Shown: positions 32,254-42,316, numbered from the stretch's first letter. The stretch: 64,000 nucleotides of DNA from Myxococcota bacterium (GCA_965228475.1 OZ245817.1:2656001-2720000), one strand, 5' to 3'. The notes: a model not told the origin generated them from the letters alone. Made by a program: numbers and translations.

Positions 32254-32376
32254 AGCGCGCAGCGTCGCGCAAGCCACGCGCAAGACGGACGCATCGTTTC
32301 GAGCACCACAGAAACCGGCCAAGCCCGGGGCCAGAGTGTACGATCCGGTGCCCATGGCCCACGAGCGCGCGCCCCA

Positions 32377-35274
32377 ATGACGGCTCCGACCCGAACGGAG
32401 ACGAGCCCCAGCTCCGCCCACGCGCCGCGCTACGCGACGGCGTGGTGCGCCGTGGCCTTCGGCTCCGGCGCCGCCGCGTTGATCTTCCAGACGCTCTGGT
32501 TCCGCGCCGCCGGGCTCTCGCTCGGCAACGGCATCTGGGCGAGCAGCGTCGTGCTCTCGGCGTTCATGGCCGGCCTCGCCCTCGGCAACGGACTCGCCGC
32601 CCGGCGCGCGGACGGCGTCGCCCGGCCCGCCCGGCTCTATGCGTGGCTCGAGACGGCCATCGGGGCGAGTGGCTTCCTCGTCGTCGCGGGGCTTCCGTGG
32701 CTGACCGTGCTCCTCGGCCCGGTACTCGCTTCCCTCCGCGACACCCCGGAGCTCTTGAACCCCTTCCGCCTGACGCTCGCCTTCGGCGTGTTGATGATCC
32801 CGGCAACGGCCATGGGCGCCACGCTGCCGGTGCTCGTGAAGGCGCTCTCCCGGCACGACCCGAGCTTCGGCCGGGTGCTCGGCCGCCTCTACGGATGGAA
32901 CACGCTCGGCGCGGTCGCCGGGGCCCTCTCGGGCGAGGCGTTCCTGATCGCCCAGTTCGGCGTGCGCGGAACGGCCGTCGTCGCGCTGGTCGTGAATCTC
33001 CTCTCCGCCGCCGCGGCCCTCGCCCTCGGACGCTCGGCCCACGAGGCCGAGCAGGCGGCACCCGCCGCACGGCCCACGCCTCCCGCGGCCCGGGCCGGCA
33101 TCTCCCGGCTCCTCGTCGCGGCGTTCCTCTCGGGGGCGATCTTCCTCGCGCTCGAGGTCGTGTGGTTCCGCTTCCTCGCGCTCTTCGTGTACGGCACCGG
33201 GCTGGTCTTCACGGTGCTCCTGGCCGTCGTCCTCGCCGGCATCGCGCTCGGCGGGCTGCACGCGGCGCGCTGGCTTCGCGACGGCCGCCGCGCCGCACCG
33301 GCCCTCCCGGCCCTCGCCCTCGCCTCGGCCTGCGCGTCCCTGGCCGGGTACGCGGGATACGGCGCGGTCCTCGACGCGTTCCTCCAACCCGGGCATGCGG
33401 CCGCCGCTCTCTGGCACGTTGCGTTGCTCGCGATCCCCTTGATGGCACCGGCGGCGTGGCTCTCCGGCGTGCTCTTCACCGCGCTCGGTGAGGCCGCCCG
33501 GGAGCGGCTCGGCGGCCAGGCCCGGCCGGCCGGCCTGTTGACCCTCGCCAACACCTTGGGCGGCGCGGTCGGATCCCTCGCCGGAGGATTCCTGCTCCTC
33601 CCCCGCCTCGGCATGGAGGGCTCGATCCTCCTCCTCGCCGGCCTCTACGTGGGCATCGCCGCGCTGACCTTCCCGCAGGCCGGCGAATCGGGCGAACGGG
33701 GGGGCGGACGGCGGCTCGGCGCCGCGGGCGCCCTCGCGTGCGCCCTGCTCGCACTGCTCGCCGTCTTCCCGTACGGCGCGCTGCGCGACCGCCACCTGAT
33801 CCACCCGACGCGCGCCTTCGAGGAGCCGGGCGCGCACATCGCGGCCGTCCGCGAAGGTCTCCTCCAGACGATCGTCCTGGTCGAGACGGAGCGCTTCGGC
33901 CAGCCCCTCCACCATCGGCTGTTCACGGACGGCTTCAGCATGTCGGCGACGACGCCCCACTCGCGGCGCTACATGAAGGCCTACGTCTACCTCCCCGTGG
34001 CACTCCACCCCGCACCGCGCGACGCCCTGCTCATCAGCTACGGCGTCGGCTCGACGGCCAAGGCGCTGACGGACACGCGAGCGCTCGAACGCATCGACGT
34101 GGTCGACATCTCTCCCGACGTCCTGGCGACGAGCGCCCTCATCTTCCCGGAACCCGGGAGCGACCCGCTCGACGACCCGCGCGTGACCGTGCACGTCGAA
34201 GACGGACGTTTCTTTCTGCAGACGACGAGCCGACGCTACGACCTCATCACGAGCGAGCCGCCGCCGCCCAAGTACGCCGGCGTCGTGAACCTCTACAGCC
34301 GCGAGTACTTCGAGCTGATCCGCGAGCGGCTGAACGAGGGCGGGCTCGTGACCTACTGGCTCCCGGTCCACAACCTCTCGGAATCCGACGCCCTGGCGAT
34401 CTCGCGGGCCTTCTGCGACGCCTTCGCCGACTGCACGCTCTGGAGCGGCGCCGGAATGGACTGGATGCTCGTCGGGACCCGCGGCGGGCTCTCACCGGTC
34501 GACGAGGCCCAGTTCGCGCGCCAGTGGCAGGACCCCGTCGTCGGGCCGGAGCTGCGGGCCGTCGGCTTCGAGTCGCCCGAGTTCCTCGGCGCGACGTTCC
34601 TGGCCGGCACCGAGACGCTGCGCGCGTGGACCGCCGACGTGGCGCCGGTCGTCGACGACTTCCCTCTGCGCATCTCCCACGAGCCCGTGACGCCCTCGGA
34701 CACCCATGCCTCCACCTTCTTCCGCGACGTGCTGGCGGTCGGCGCGGCGGCCCGTGAGTTCGACGCCAGCCCCTTCGTCCGTTCGCTCTGGCCGGAGGCG
34801 CTGTTCGAGCGGACGCGGCGCGTCTTCCCCTGGCAGCGAATCGTGAACTCCCGGCTCGTCTACGACGGCGGCGCGGCGACCGAGCGCGACCTGCATGCCG
34901 TCCTCACGGAGACGGAGCTGCGCACCCTTCCGCTCTGGCTCCTCGGAACCGAGGTCGAGGAGGTCGCCTTCGCACGGAAGGCCGCCGCAGGGAACGGAGC
35001 CACCGCGAAGGCAGAGCCGATCCGCGCCTTCGGGAGCCTCGCCGAGCGGGACTACGCCGCCGCCTCCGAATGGCTCGCGCGAGCGCGCCGGAGCGACCCG
35101 GCCGATGCCCGCATCGCGAGCCTCGAGGTCTACGCCCTCTGCCTGGCCGGCGAGACCGAGCGCGCCGGCGAGCGGGCACGCGCCCTCCTGAGCGATCATC
35201 CCGAAGCGGCGGGCAGCGATGCCTACTGGCGCTTCCTCAACGAAACGTTCTCGCTCCCGGACCCTCGCGTATGA
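32377..35274 (+). CDS. Fused MFS-like membrane domain / spermidine-synthase-like SAM-fold protein with C-terminal helical (TPR-like) region
   Basis: Duplicated 6-TM repeat (SG...W.R...; LYGWNTLG and LANTLGG) plus a 13th TM. SAM fold: LLISYGVGST, VVDIS, EDGR.FL, YDLITSEPP. Confidence 0.85.
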   Translation: MTAPTRTETSPSSAHAPRYATAWCAVAFGSGAAALIFQTLWFRAAGLSLGNGIWASSVVLSAFMAGLALGNGLAARRADGVARPARLYAWLETAIGASGFLVVAGLPWLTVLLGPVLASLRDTPELLNPFRLTLAFGVLMIPATAMGATLPVLVKALSRHDPSFGRVLGRLYGWNTLGAVAGALSGEAFLIAQFGVRGTAVVALVVNLLSAAAALALGRSAHEAEQAAPAARPTPPAARAGISRLLVAAFLSGAIFLALEVVWFRFLALFVYGTGLVFTVLLAVVLAGIALGGLHAARWLRDGRRAAPALPALALASACASLAGYAGYGAVLDAFLQPGHAAAALWHVALLAIPLMAPAAWLSGVLFTALGEAARERLGGQARPAGLLTLANTLGGAVGSLAGGFLLLPRLGMEGSILLLAGLYVGIAALTFPQAGESGERGGGRRLGAAGALACALLALLAVFPYGALRDRHLIHPTRAFEEPGAHIAAVREGLLQTIVLVETERFGQPLHHRLFTDGFSMSATTPHSRRYMKAYVYLPVALHPAPRDALLISYGVGSTAKALTDTRALERIDVVDISPDVLATSALIFPEPGSDPLDDPRVTVHVEDGRFFLQTTSRRYDLITSEPPPPKYAGVVNLYSREYFELIRERLNEGGLVTYWLPVHNLSESDALAISRAFCDAFADCTLWSGAGMDWMLVGTRGGLSPVDEAQFARQWQDPVVGPELRAVGFESPEFLGATFLAGTETLRAWTADVAPVVDDFPLRISHEPVTPSDTHASTFFRDVLAVGAAAREFDASPFVRSLWPEALFERTRRVFPWQRIVNSRLVYDGGAATERDLHAVLTETELRTLPLWLLGTEVEEVAFARKAAAGNGATAKAEPIRAFGSLAERDYAAASEWLARARRSDPADARIASLEVYALCLAGETERAGERARALLSDHPEAAGSDAYWRFLNETFSLPDPRV

Positions 35275-36917
35275 ACCAGGAAGCCTCGATCGAAGCCCCG
35301 GAGAGCTGGCCGGCCACGGTCTGGCTGGCGCTCGCCGCCGCCTTCGTCGCGATCTCGCTCGTGATCGTGTGGCCGGCCATCGACGGCGCCTTCCTCTCCG
35401 ACGACTACATCTACATCGTGAACAATCCCTACGTTCACGGCCTGTCCTGGGAGAACGTTCGGGCGATCCTCGACCCCTACGGCGCCCCGACGATCTACAC
35501 GCTGAACTACGCGCCGGTCCACCTGCTCCTCCACGCCGCGCAGTGGGAGCTCGTCGGCGACTCGACGCGCCTCTACCACGTGTGCAACGCCATCGCCCAC
35601 GGCCTGACGTCGCTGCTCCTGATCCCCTTCTTCCTGCGCGCGGGGATTCCGCGCATCCCGGCGGCCCTCGCCGCCGGTCTCTTCCTCGTGCATCCCGCCA
35701 ACCTCGAGACGGTCGCGTGGATCTTCCAGCTGAAGACGATCCTCGCGGTGGCGCTCTCGATCGGTGCCCTCCTGCTCCACGAGCGGCGGCCCGCCATCGC
35801 CGCGCTGCTCTTCGGCGTCGCGCTGCTCACCAAGGTCACGGCCCTCGGCGTGCTCCCGGTCGTCGCCGTCCAGGCCTGGGTCCGGAGCCGCGGCGAGAAC
35901 CCGGTGCCGCCCCACTGGGGCTGGATCGGCGGCTGGGTGCTGATCGCGCTCTCGATCGCGGTGCCGGAGATGACGGCCTTCCAGCGCCAGAGCGATGCGC
36001 GCATCCTGATCGCCGAGGACCCGCTGGCCCACCTGCGCACGATCTTCGCGATCGCCGCCCGCTATCTCTGGATGGCGGTCAGCTCCGCCAACGTGGCCGC
36101 CTTCCACGAACCGCCCGTGGCGGAGTCCTGGTTCGACCCGTGGTGGCTCTTCGGGCTCGTGGCCCTCGTCGGCATCGGCGTGCGCATCCTGGTGACCCTC
36201 TTCCGCGGCGAGGAGGAAGCCTGCCAGTGGCTCTTCGCGGCGGCCGCCTTCGGGCCGGTCTCCCAGATCTTCCCGTTCATCTTCCCGATGGGCGACCGCT
36301 ACCTCTACCCGATCCTCCCGGGCCTGCTCGGCGCCCTGCTCCTGGCGTTCACCCCCCTCGCCCGAACGCTCGCGGCGCGCGCGCCGGACGTCGCGCCGAG
36401 GGTCGCGCTCGGCCTGACCCTCGCGCTCACCGCCGTCTTTGCCGTGCGGTCCTACGCGCGGGCGCCGGTCTTCGTCGACAACCTGAGCATGATGCAGGAC
36501 GCCGCCCTCGCCTACCCGGACGGCATGCAGGCCTGGATCCTGCGCGGCCACCAGGCGGCCTACGAGGGCGACGGCGCCGCGGCAGCCCACGCCTTCCGCA
36601 AGGCCATCGACCTCGGGTTCTCGGATCTCCAGGCGATGGTCCTGAACCCGCAGCTGCGGCCGCTACGCCGGCACCCCGAGTTCGAGGCCACGCTGCGTCA
36701 CCTCGCGACGACGGACATCGAGCGGCTCGAACTCCACGAGGACCCGGAGCAGTCGGAGCTCCTCCGTCTCTCCCTGGCCTACGAAGTCCGGGGTGAGCTC
36801 GACGAGGCGATCGGTGCGGTCGAGCGGGCGCTCACGGTGCCCGGCCCCTTCGCGGACGACGCCCGCGCGCGCCTGGCGATGCTCCGCGAGCAGCGCGCGA
36901 AGTCCACGCCCCGGTAA
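35271..36917 (+). CDS. TMTC-like GT-C protein glycosyltransferase with C-terminal TPR
   Basis: FLSDDYIYIVNNP (DD after TM1), NYAP, HPANLETVAWI, GDRYLYP, about 11 TMs, TPR tail. ATGA-coupled to the upstream gene. Confidence 0.82.
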   Translation: MNQEASIEAPESWPATVWLALAAAFVAISLVIVWPAIDGAFLSDDYIYIVNNPYVHGLSWENVRAILDPYGAPTIYTLNYAPVHLLLHAAQWELVGDSTRLYHVCNAIAHGLTSLLLIPFFLRAGIPRIPAALAAGLFLVHPANLETVAWIFQLKTILAVALSIGALLLHERRPAIAALLFGVALLTKVTALGVLPVVAVQAWVRSRGENPVPPHWGWIGGWVLIALSIAVPEMTAFQRQSDARILIAEDPLAHLRTIFAIAARYLWMAVSSANVAAFHEPPVAESWFDPWWLFGLVALVGIGVRILVTLFRGEEEACQWLFAAAAFGPVSQIFPFIFPMGDRYLYPILPGLLGALLLAFTPLARTLAARAPDVAPRVALGLTLALTAVFAVRSYARAPVFVDNLSMMQDAALAYPDGMQAWILRGHQAAYEGDGAAAAHAFRKAIDLGFSDLQAMVLNPQLRPLRRHPEFEATLRHLATTDIERLELHEDPEQSELLRLSLAYEVRGELDEAIGAVERALTVPGPFADDARARLAMLREQRAKSTPR

Positions 36918-36929
36918 CGGCGGCGCTCC

Positions 36930-39386
36930 TCAGCCGGCTCCGTTGGCCGCCACCGAGGCCTTTGCCTGCTGGGCCGCCTCGTGCTTCGGCTCGATCCGCA
37001 GCGCCTCGCTGAAGGCCTTGCGGGCGTCCTCTTCCCGGCCCTGCGCCTTGAGGGCGAGGCCCAGGTGGTAGTGGTACTCGGCGACCTCGCGGCCGTTCAC
37101 GCGCGCCAGCTCGATGGCCGAGCGGAACTCGAAGGCCGCCGGCTCGAGCAGGCCCTTCTTCAGGTAGACGAAGCCCAGCGTGTCCGCGACGGCATCGTCA
37201 TCCGGGCGGCCCGCCTTCACGGCGCGCGCCAGCTCGACGGCCCGGTCGAGGTCCTGGCCCTCGGTGGCGAGGACGAAGGCGAGGTCGTTCTGGATCGCGA
37301 GTTCGCCCGGCGCGGCCGCGTGCGCCTCTTCGAGTCGCGCGCGTGCCTCGCCGACCTCTCCACGCTCGAGGCGCAGCCGGCCGACCTGCCAGAGCGATGC
37401 CGCTCCGAGCGTCCCGGCCTCGCGCGCCTCCTCGAGGAGCTCGAGCGCTTCGTCCTGCTTGCCGAGCTCCGTGAAGAACGCGACGAGCATTTCCGGTACG
37501 CGGTACGGGCGGGGGTCGAGCGCGAAGGCCTCGCGGATCGAGGCCTCGGCTTCCTTCCTACGATCGAGCGCCCACAGGATCTGTGCCCGAAGGCCCAGCA
37601 TGGTCCGGCGGCCGACCTTCTCGTTGTAGGCGTCGAGACGCGCGAGCGCCGCCTCGCCCCGGCCGGTCTGGAGATCCGAAAAGACGGCGGCATTCACGAC
37701 CCGGAAGTCGTTCGGGTAGAGCTCCACGGCCTTCATCAGGTAGTCGCGGTTTCGCTCCGGGTCCGTCTGCGACTCGTACCGGTTGTAGAGCAGCACGAGG
37801 TTCACGCGCGGCCGCTCGACGTCGAGCAGGCGCCGCACGATCCGCCGCGCCGCCTCGGTGTTCCCGGTCTCGTAGAGCCCGCGCAGGCGATACTGCCGGA
37901 CGTCGGCGGTGATCGGGAGGCCGAGGCGGAGCAACTCCCGGTAGGAGCGGAGCACGCCGGTCCAGTCGTCCTTGCGGGCGAGCATCCGGATCCGGACGCG
38001 GTGCGGAAGGTTCGTCGCGAGCGGCGCCAGTTCGATGGCCCGGTCCGCCGCCGCAATGGCCGCGTCCGCGTTGCCCTGTCGCGCCTCCGCCACGGCGAGC
38101 TGCCGCAGGACGTCGGCCCGCTCCACCTGCCCGGCCAGGGGGCGGAGGACGTCGAGAGCGCCCTCGACATCATCGCGCTGGAGGGCGAGCTTCGCCTTCG
38201 CGAGCTGGGTCAGGGGGCTCTCGGGGTGCTTCGCCTCGAGCTCCGCGAGGACGCCGGCCGCCCCCTCGAGATCCTTCTTCGAGATGAAGAGCTCGACGCG
38301 CAGGGCCGTCAGGTCGGCGGTGTCCCCCACCTCGCTCGGCAAGGAGGCCAGGTGTTCGAGGGCCTTGTCCTGCTCCCCCTTCTCCTCGAGGAACCGGACG
38401 TAGCCAGCCTGGAGGACCAGGTCATCGGTGCGCCCTTCGAGAGCGCGTGCCCAGACGTCTCCCGCCGAGCCTCCCGCCTGCTCTTCGAGGCGCGCCAGCA
38501 GGCGCCACGCGGCGGCGGAACTCGGGTCGGCCTCGACCCAGCTCTCGAGCGTCCAGCGCGTGAACCCCGTCTCGCGCTCGCGGTTCGCCAGCAGCCGCGC
38601 GTCGCGAACGACGGCCAGCATGCCGCCCTCGTCTTCCTTCTCCTTGGCGATCGCGAAGGCCCGCTTGAAAGCCTCCATCGAGTCCTCGGCGCGGCCCTCC
38701 CAATCCGCATAGGCGAGCGCGATGTGGAGCCAGTCGAACCAGGCTCCCTGCCGCTCGTAGTCGGCCGTGAGCTTCGCGGCGCGCCGGTGCGCGGCGATGG
38801 CCGCTTCGTGAATGGCGTCGGGCGTAGCCTGCCCCGTGGCAGCGAGCTCACGATGGCGGGACCGGTGCACCGCGCCGACCACCCGGTGGGCGACGACGTA
38901 CTCGGGGTCGAGCTCGGTCGCCGTGAGCGCCGAAGCCAGCGCACCCTCCGTATCGGCGCTCAGCAGCTTCAGCTCCGCCATTCGCGTATGCGCTTCCGCG
39001 TTCTGGGGCTCGAGCTCGAGGACCTCTTCGATCAGCGCCCGCGCCGCGTCCGGGTCGCTCGCGTAGAAGGCGGGCGCCTGCTTGAGTGCGGCCTCGGTGT
39101 TCGTCGGGTCGAGCCGGTAGGCCTCGCCGTAGTAGAAGGCCGCGCGCTCCGGCTTGTTCAGCTGGGCGAGCAGCTCGGCCAGCTCCATGTTGAGTTCGCC
39201 GCTCTTCGGGCGCACGCGAAGGGCCGACTGCAGCTCGACCAGCGCCGAGCGCAGGTCGCCCTCTTCCTGGTAGCGCTCCGCCTCGGCGACGTGCTTGGCG
39301 ACGGTCTCCTCCTCGGAAGCGCAACCGACTGCGAAGGCGGCGGCCGCGACGGCGATGACGAACAGGCGAATCGGAGACGAGGACAT
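36930..39386 (-). CDS. PrsT-like TPR lipoprotein
   Basis: Lipobox FAVGC, continuous TPR repeats, C-terminal NDLAFVLA...DTLGFVY...YHYHLG. TGATG-coupled to the upstream paralog. Confidence 0.8.
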   Translation of the reverse strand: MSSSPIRLFVIAVAAAAFAVGCASEEETVAKHVAEAERYQEEGDLRSALVELQSALRVRPKSGELNMELAELLAQLNKPERAAFYYGEAYRLDPTNTEAALKQAPAFYASDPDAARALIEEVLELEPQNAEAHTRMAELKLLSADTEGALASALTATELDPEYVVAHRVVGAVHRSRHRELAATGQATPDAIHEAAIAAHRRAAKLTADYERQGAWFDWLHIALAYADWEGRAEDSMEAFKRAFAIAKEKEDEGGMLAVVRDARLLANRERETGFTRWTLESWVEADPSSAAAWRLLARLEEQAGGSAGDVWARALEGRTDDLVLQAGYVRFLEEKGEQDKALEHLASLPSEVGDTADLTALRVELFISKKDLEGAAGVLAELEAKHPESPLTQLAKAKLALQRDDVEGALDVLRPLAGQVERADVLRQLAVAEARQGNADAAIAAADRAIELAPLATNLPHRVRIRMLARKDDWTGVLRSYRELLRLGLPITADVRQYRLRGLYETGNTEAARRIVRRLLDVERPRVNLVLLYNRYESQTDPERNRDYLMKAVELYPNDFRVVNAAVFSDLQTGRGEAALARLDAYNEKVGRRTMLGLRAQILWALDRRKEAEASIREAFALDPRPYRVPEMLVAFFTELGKQDEALELLEEAREAGTLGAASLWQVGRLRLERGEVGEARARLEEAHAAAPGELAIQNDLAFVLATEGQDLDRAVELARAVKAGRPDDDAVADTLGFVYLKKGLLEPAAFEFRSAIELARVNGREVAEYHYHLGLALKAQGREEDARKAFSEALRIEPKHEAAQQAKASVAANGAG

Positions 39387-41806
39387 CAAGAGGCTCCCTG
39401 GTCGAGGCGTGCGAGTTCGGAGCGAGCGGCGTCGGCTTCGGGGAAGGGACCCCCGTCGAGGGCCTGGCGGAACAGGTCCGCCGCTCGAGCCCGGTCTCCG
39501 GTTTCGACGAGCGCGAGGCCCAGGCGGTAGGCGACCGACGGGGACGCATCCTCCTTGGCGAGCGCACGCTCGAAGGTGCTGACGGCGGCGCCGTGCTCGC
39601 CGCGCCGGTACTGGACCCAGCCGAGCGTATCCAGGACCGCAGGGGACGGGTCCGAGGCGCTCGCTCGGGTCGCCAGCGCCAGGGCCCGGTCGAGATCCTC
39701 GCCACGCTCGGCGAGGATCCAGGCGAGGTCGTTGCTCGCGTGGGCGTGCAGGGCGTCGCGCTGGAGCACCTGGGTCAGACGCTTCTCGGCCTCGGCTTCC
39801 CGACCGGCCGCGAGTTCGATCTGCGCGGCCTGATACGGGTAGGCCGCGTTGACCTCGTCGAGCTCGCTGGCCCGGTCGAGCAGCTCACGAGCCGGGCCGG
39901 GCTGACCCGCAGCCATGAGCAGGGCCGCCTTGGCTTCGTGGGCCGGTGCGTAGGTCGGTTCGATCTCGATGGCGCGGTCGAGCACCGCGATGGCCTCGTT
40001 GCCCCGGCCGAGGTTCACGAGGACCCGCCCGCGGATGTCCTGGTAGGCGGCCATCCCGGGATGGGCCGCGGCGGCCGCTTCGGCCCGGGCCAGGGCCTTC
40101 TGCCCCTGACCGTCCTGCACGAGCAGATCGCACAGCAAGCGCAGCGCGGGCTCGTTGGCGGGGTCGTTCCAGTCGAGGCCGGAGGACTCGAGCTCGCGGA
40201 TGGCCGCAGCCGGGCCGCTCTCCTCGAGCGCGAACTGCGCCAGCTCCGTCGAGGCCGCGAGCGTGTTCCCGGTGCTCTTGGCCAGCCGCTCCAGAACGTT
40301 GCGAGCCATGTCGTGGCGACCGGCGGCCCAGTGGCCGCGCGCCAGCAACACGGCGGCGGAATCGATGCGGGGCCCGGTCTTGTCCTCCGCGTTCTCGAGC
40401 ATCATCGCCGCGGTCGCGACCGCCTGGGCCGGGCGGCCGAGCTTCAGGTAGATGAGGGCGAGCTCGAGCGGCGCGTCGGTGCTGTCCATGCCGGAGCGGG
40501 TGGCTTCACGCAGCTCGGAGAGGGCGCGGTCGAGATCGCCCCGCGCCATGGCCGCCTTGGCGGCCAGGTAGCGAGCACCGGCATTGTTCGGCCACTCGTG
40601 GAGACCGGCGTCGAAATGCTCGAGCGCCTTCTCGGGCTCGCCGCGCAGGAAGGCGATCCGGCCGAGGGTGACGTTGCGATAGGCCGCCCCCTCGATCTCC
40701 TCCGCGACCGTCGCCGCCCGGTCGATCTGGCCCGCGTCCGCCAAGGCGCCGGCATGCCGGAAGCGCAGGAGGTCGGTCTCCCCGGGGAGCAGCTCGAGCG
40801 CCCGCTCGAAGGAGGTCAGGGCGTCGTCGAAGCGCTCCTGCCCCCGATAGTAGTCCGAGAGCGTGATCCAGGACTGGGGCGAATCGAAGAGCTCGGTGGC
40901 CTCGAGCAGCACCTTCTCGGCTTCCTCGTTCTTGTCCGACGCGACCAACAGGTCGGCCAGCCGCCCGCGGAGTTCTAGATCGCCCGGGTCGTTCTCGAGG
41001 GCGGTCTGCACCAGCTCCGTGGCCCGCTCGTCGCGGTCGTGCTGCTCGAGGAAGTCGATCACGAAGCCGAGCACGCCGCGGTCGTAGGGAAAGCGTTCGA
41101 GCAGGGCCTCGAGCTGACGATCGGCGGCCTCCATGTCCTCCCGGTGGTAGGCAAACAGCTTGACCAGCGTGATGCCCGCGCGACCGGCGGCGGGCGTCTT
41201 CCCGCGCTCGGGATCGTTCCAGATGCGAAGGATCACCTCCTCGGCTTCGTCGATGCGCTCCGCACCCATGTACGCCCGGGCCATCAGCGCGAGCGCTTCC
41301 GGGTCCTGCTTGTCGAGGGCGAGAAGACGATCGATGTCCTCGAGGGCCGCGTCCCAGTTGCGCGCGTTCAAGTGGGCGGCGCAGCGCAGGCGGAGCGCTC
41401 CGGAGCGGATGACCAGGTCCGAGGGATCGCGAGCCAGCACGCGGTCGGCGGAGGCGATCGACGAGTCGTGCTGGTTGAGCTGAAGGTAGGCGGCACCCAG
41501 GGCCAGGTCGGCATGGTCCGCGAACTCCGGATCGCGGCCCGCGACCTCGAGCGGCCAGATCGCCAGCGCGGGCTCGAGCAACCGGATCTGGGCACTCCCG
41601 AGCAGGAGGTTGGCTTCCGGATGATCCGGCTCGGTCTCGAGCAGGGCCTGGAGGGTCGTGATCGACTCCTTCCACGAGCCGATTTCCTGCTGGAGCTTCG
41701 CGTCCGCGAGCTGGTCTTCCACACTCTTCTGGCAGCCCAGGGCGAGTACCAGGAGAAGGGGCAACGCGAGACAGGAACGGATCCCGACGCGACGGGAGAT
41801 GGTCAT
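39386..41806 (-). CDS. PrsT-like TPR lipoprotein
   Basis: Lipobox LALGC, TPR repeats, C-terminal NDLAWILA...DTLGWVQ...AYRLG. Confidence 0.8.
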   Translation of the reverse strand: MTISRRVGIRSCLALPLLLVLALGCQKSVEDQLADAKLQQEIGSWKESITTLQALLETEPDHPEANLLLGSAQIRLLEPALAIWPLEVAGRDPEFADHADLALGAAYLQLNQHDSSIASADRVLARDPSDLVIRSGALRLRCAAHLNARNWDAALEDIDRLLALDKQDPEALALMARAYMGAERIDEAEEVILRIWNDPERGKTPAAGRAGITLVKLFAYHREDMEAADRQLEALLERFPYDRGVLGFVIDFLEQHDRDERATELVQTALENDPGDLELRGRLADLLVASDKNEEAEKVLLEATELFDSPQSWITLSDYYRGQERFDDALTSFERALELLPGETDLLRFRHAGALADAGQIDRAATVAEEIEGAAYRNVTLGRIAFLRGEPEKALEHFDAGLHEWPNNAGARYLAAKAAMARGDLDRALSELREATRSGMDSTDAPLELALIYLKLGRPAQAVATAAMMLENAEDKTGPRIDSAAVLLARGHWAAGRHDMARNVLERLAKSTGNTLAASTELAQFALEESGPAAAIRELESSGLDWNDPANEPALRLLCDLLVQDGQGQKALARAEAAAAAHPGMAAYQDIRGRVLVNLGRGNEAIAVLDRAIEIEPTYAPAHEAKAALLMAAGQPGPARELLDRASELDEVNAAYPYQAAQIELAAGREAEAEKRLTQVLQRDALHAHASNDLAWILAERGEDLDRALALATRASASDPSPAVLDTLGWVQYRRGEHGAAVSTFERALAKEDASPSVAYRLGLALVETGDRARAADLFRQALDGGPFPEADAARSELARLDQGAS

Positions 41807-42030
41807 GAGGCCTCCGGCGGAAAAAAAAGAACGCGCGAGTATAGCCGCGGAACCCGCGGGGACGAGCGGCTCCCAAGCTTCATCGGCGCCTCGCGGCCAG
41901 GCTGGAGACGCGAGCGGCGAAATCCCACTCTCGAGGGGAGGTTACGACCCTCCCCCGGGCCCGACGACGCGCCGCGGAACGGACCCTGGGTACGTCGAAC
42001 CGGGACGCACAGGGCAATTCCATGCGCCAG

Positions 42031-42066
42031 GGAAATCAATTTCCGTTCGGGGGGAAAGCGTTTTCA
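42031..42066. promoter_or_regulatory. Candidate enhancer: two GGAAA-N4-TTTC(C/A) palindromes 22 bp apart
   Basis: GGAAATCAATTTCC (42031-42044) and GGAAAGCGTTTTCA (42053-42066), 100-135 bp upstream of a sigma54 motif. Confidence 0.55.
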
Positions 42067-42164
42067 TCCCCGGCCGGGTGAGGCCCCTTCCCCGCGGGGC
42101 GTACCAGATGGTTTTATTCAACTACTCCAGCCACTTACAGCATTTTTCAGGGACGGACCAACCC

Positions 42165-42180
42165 TGGCATCGTGATTGCA
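42165..42180 (+). promoter_or_regulatory. Sigma54 (-24/-12) promoter of the PEP-CTERM gene
   Basis: TGGCATCGTGATTGCA matches TGGCAC-N5-TTGCW with exact spacing. Confidence 0.85.
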
Positions 42181-42316
42181 ACTATGCGCCGCAGGCTAGC
42201 TGCTGGAACGTCGCCTCGGAGAAACCGGGACCGGCACCGGCAGGGCCTAGCAGGGGTGCCTGCGCCGTCCGACCTGTGGGGAAGGCGGCCGATCCTGCAA
42301 GAGGAGTGAACTGAAG

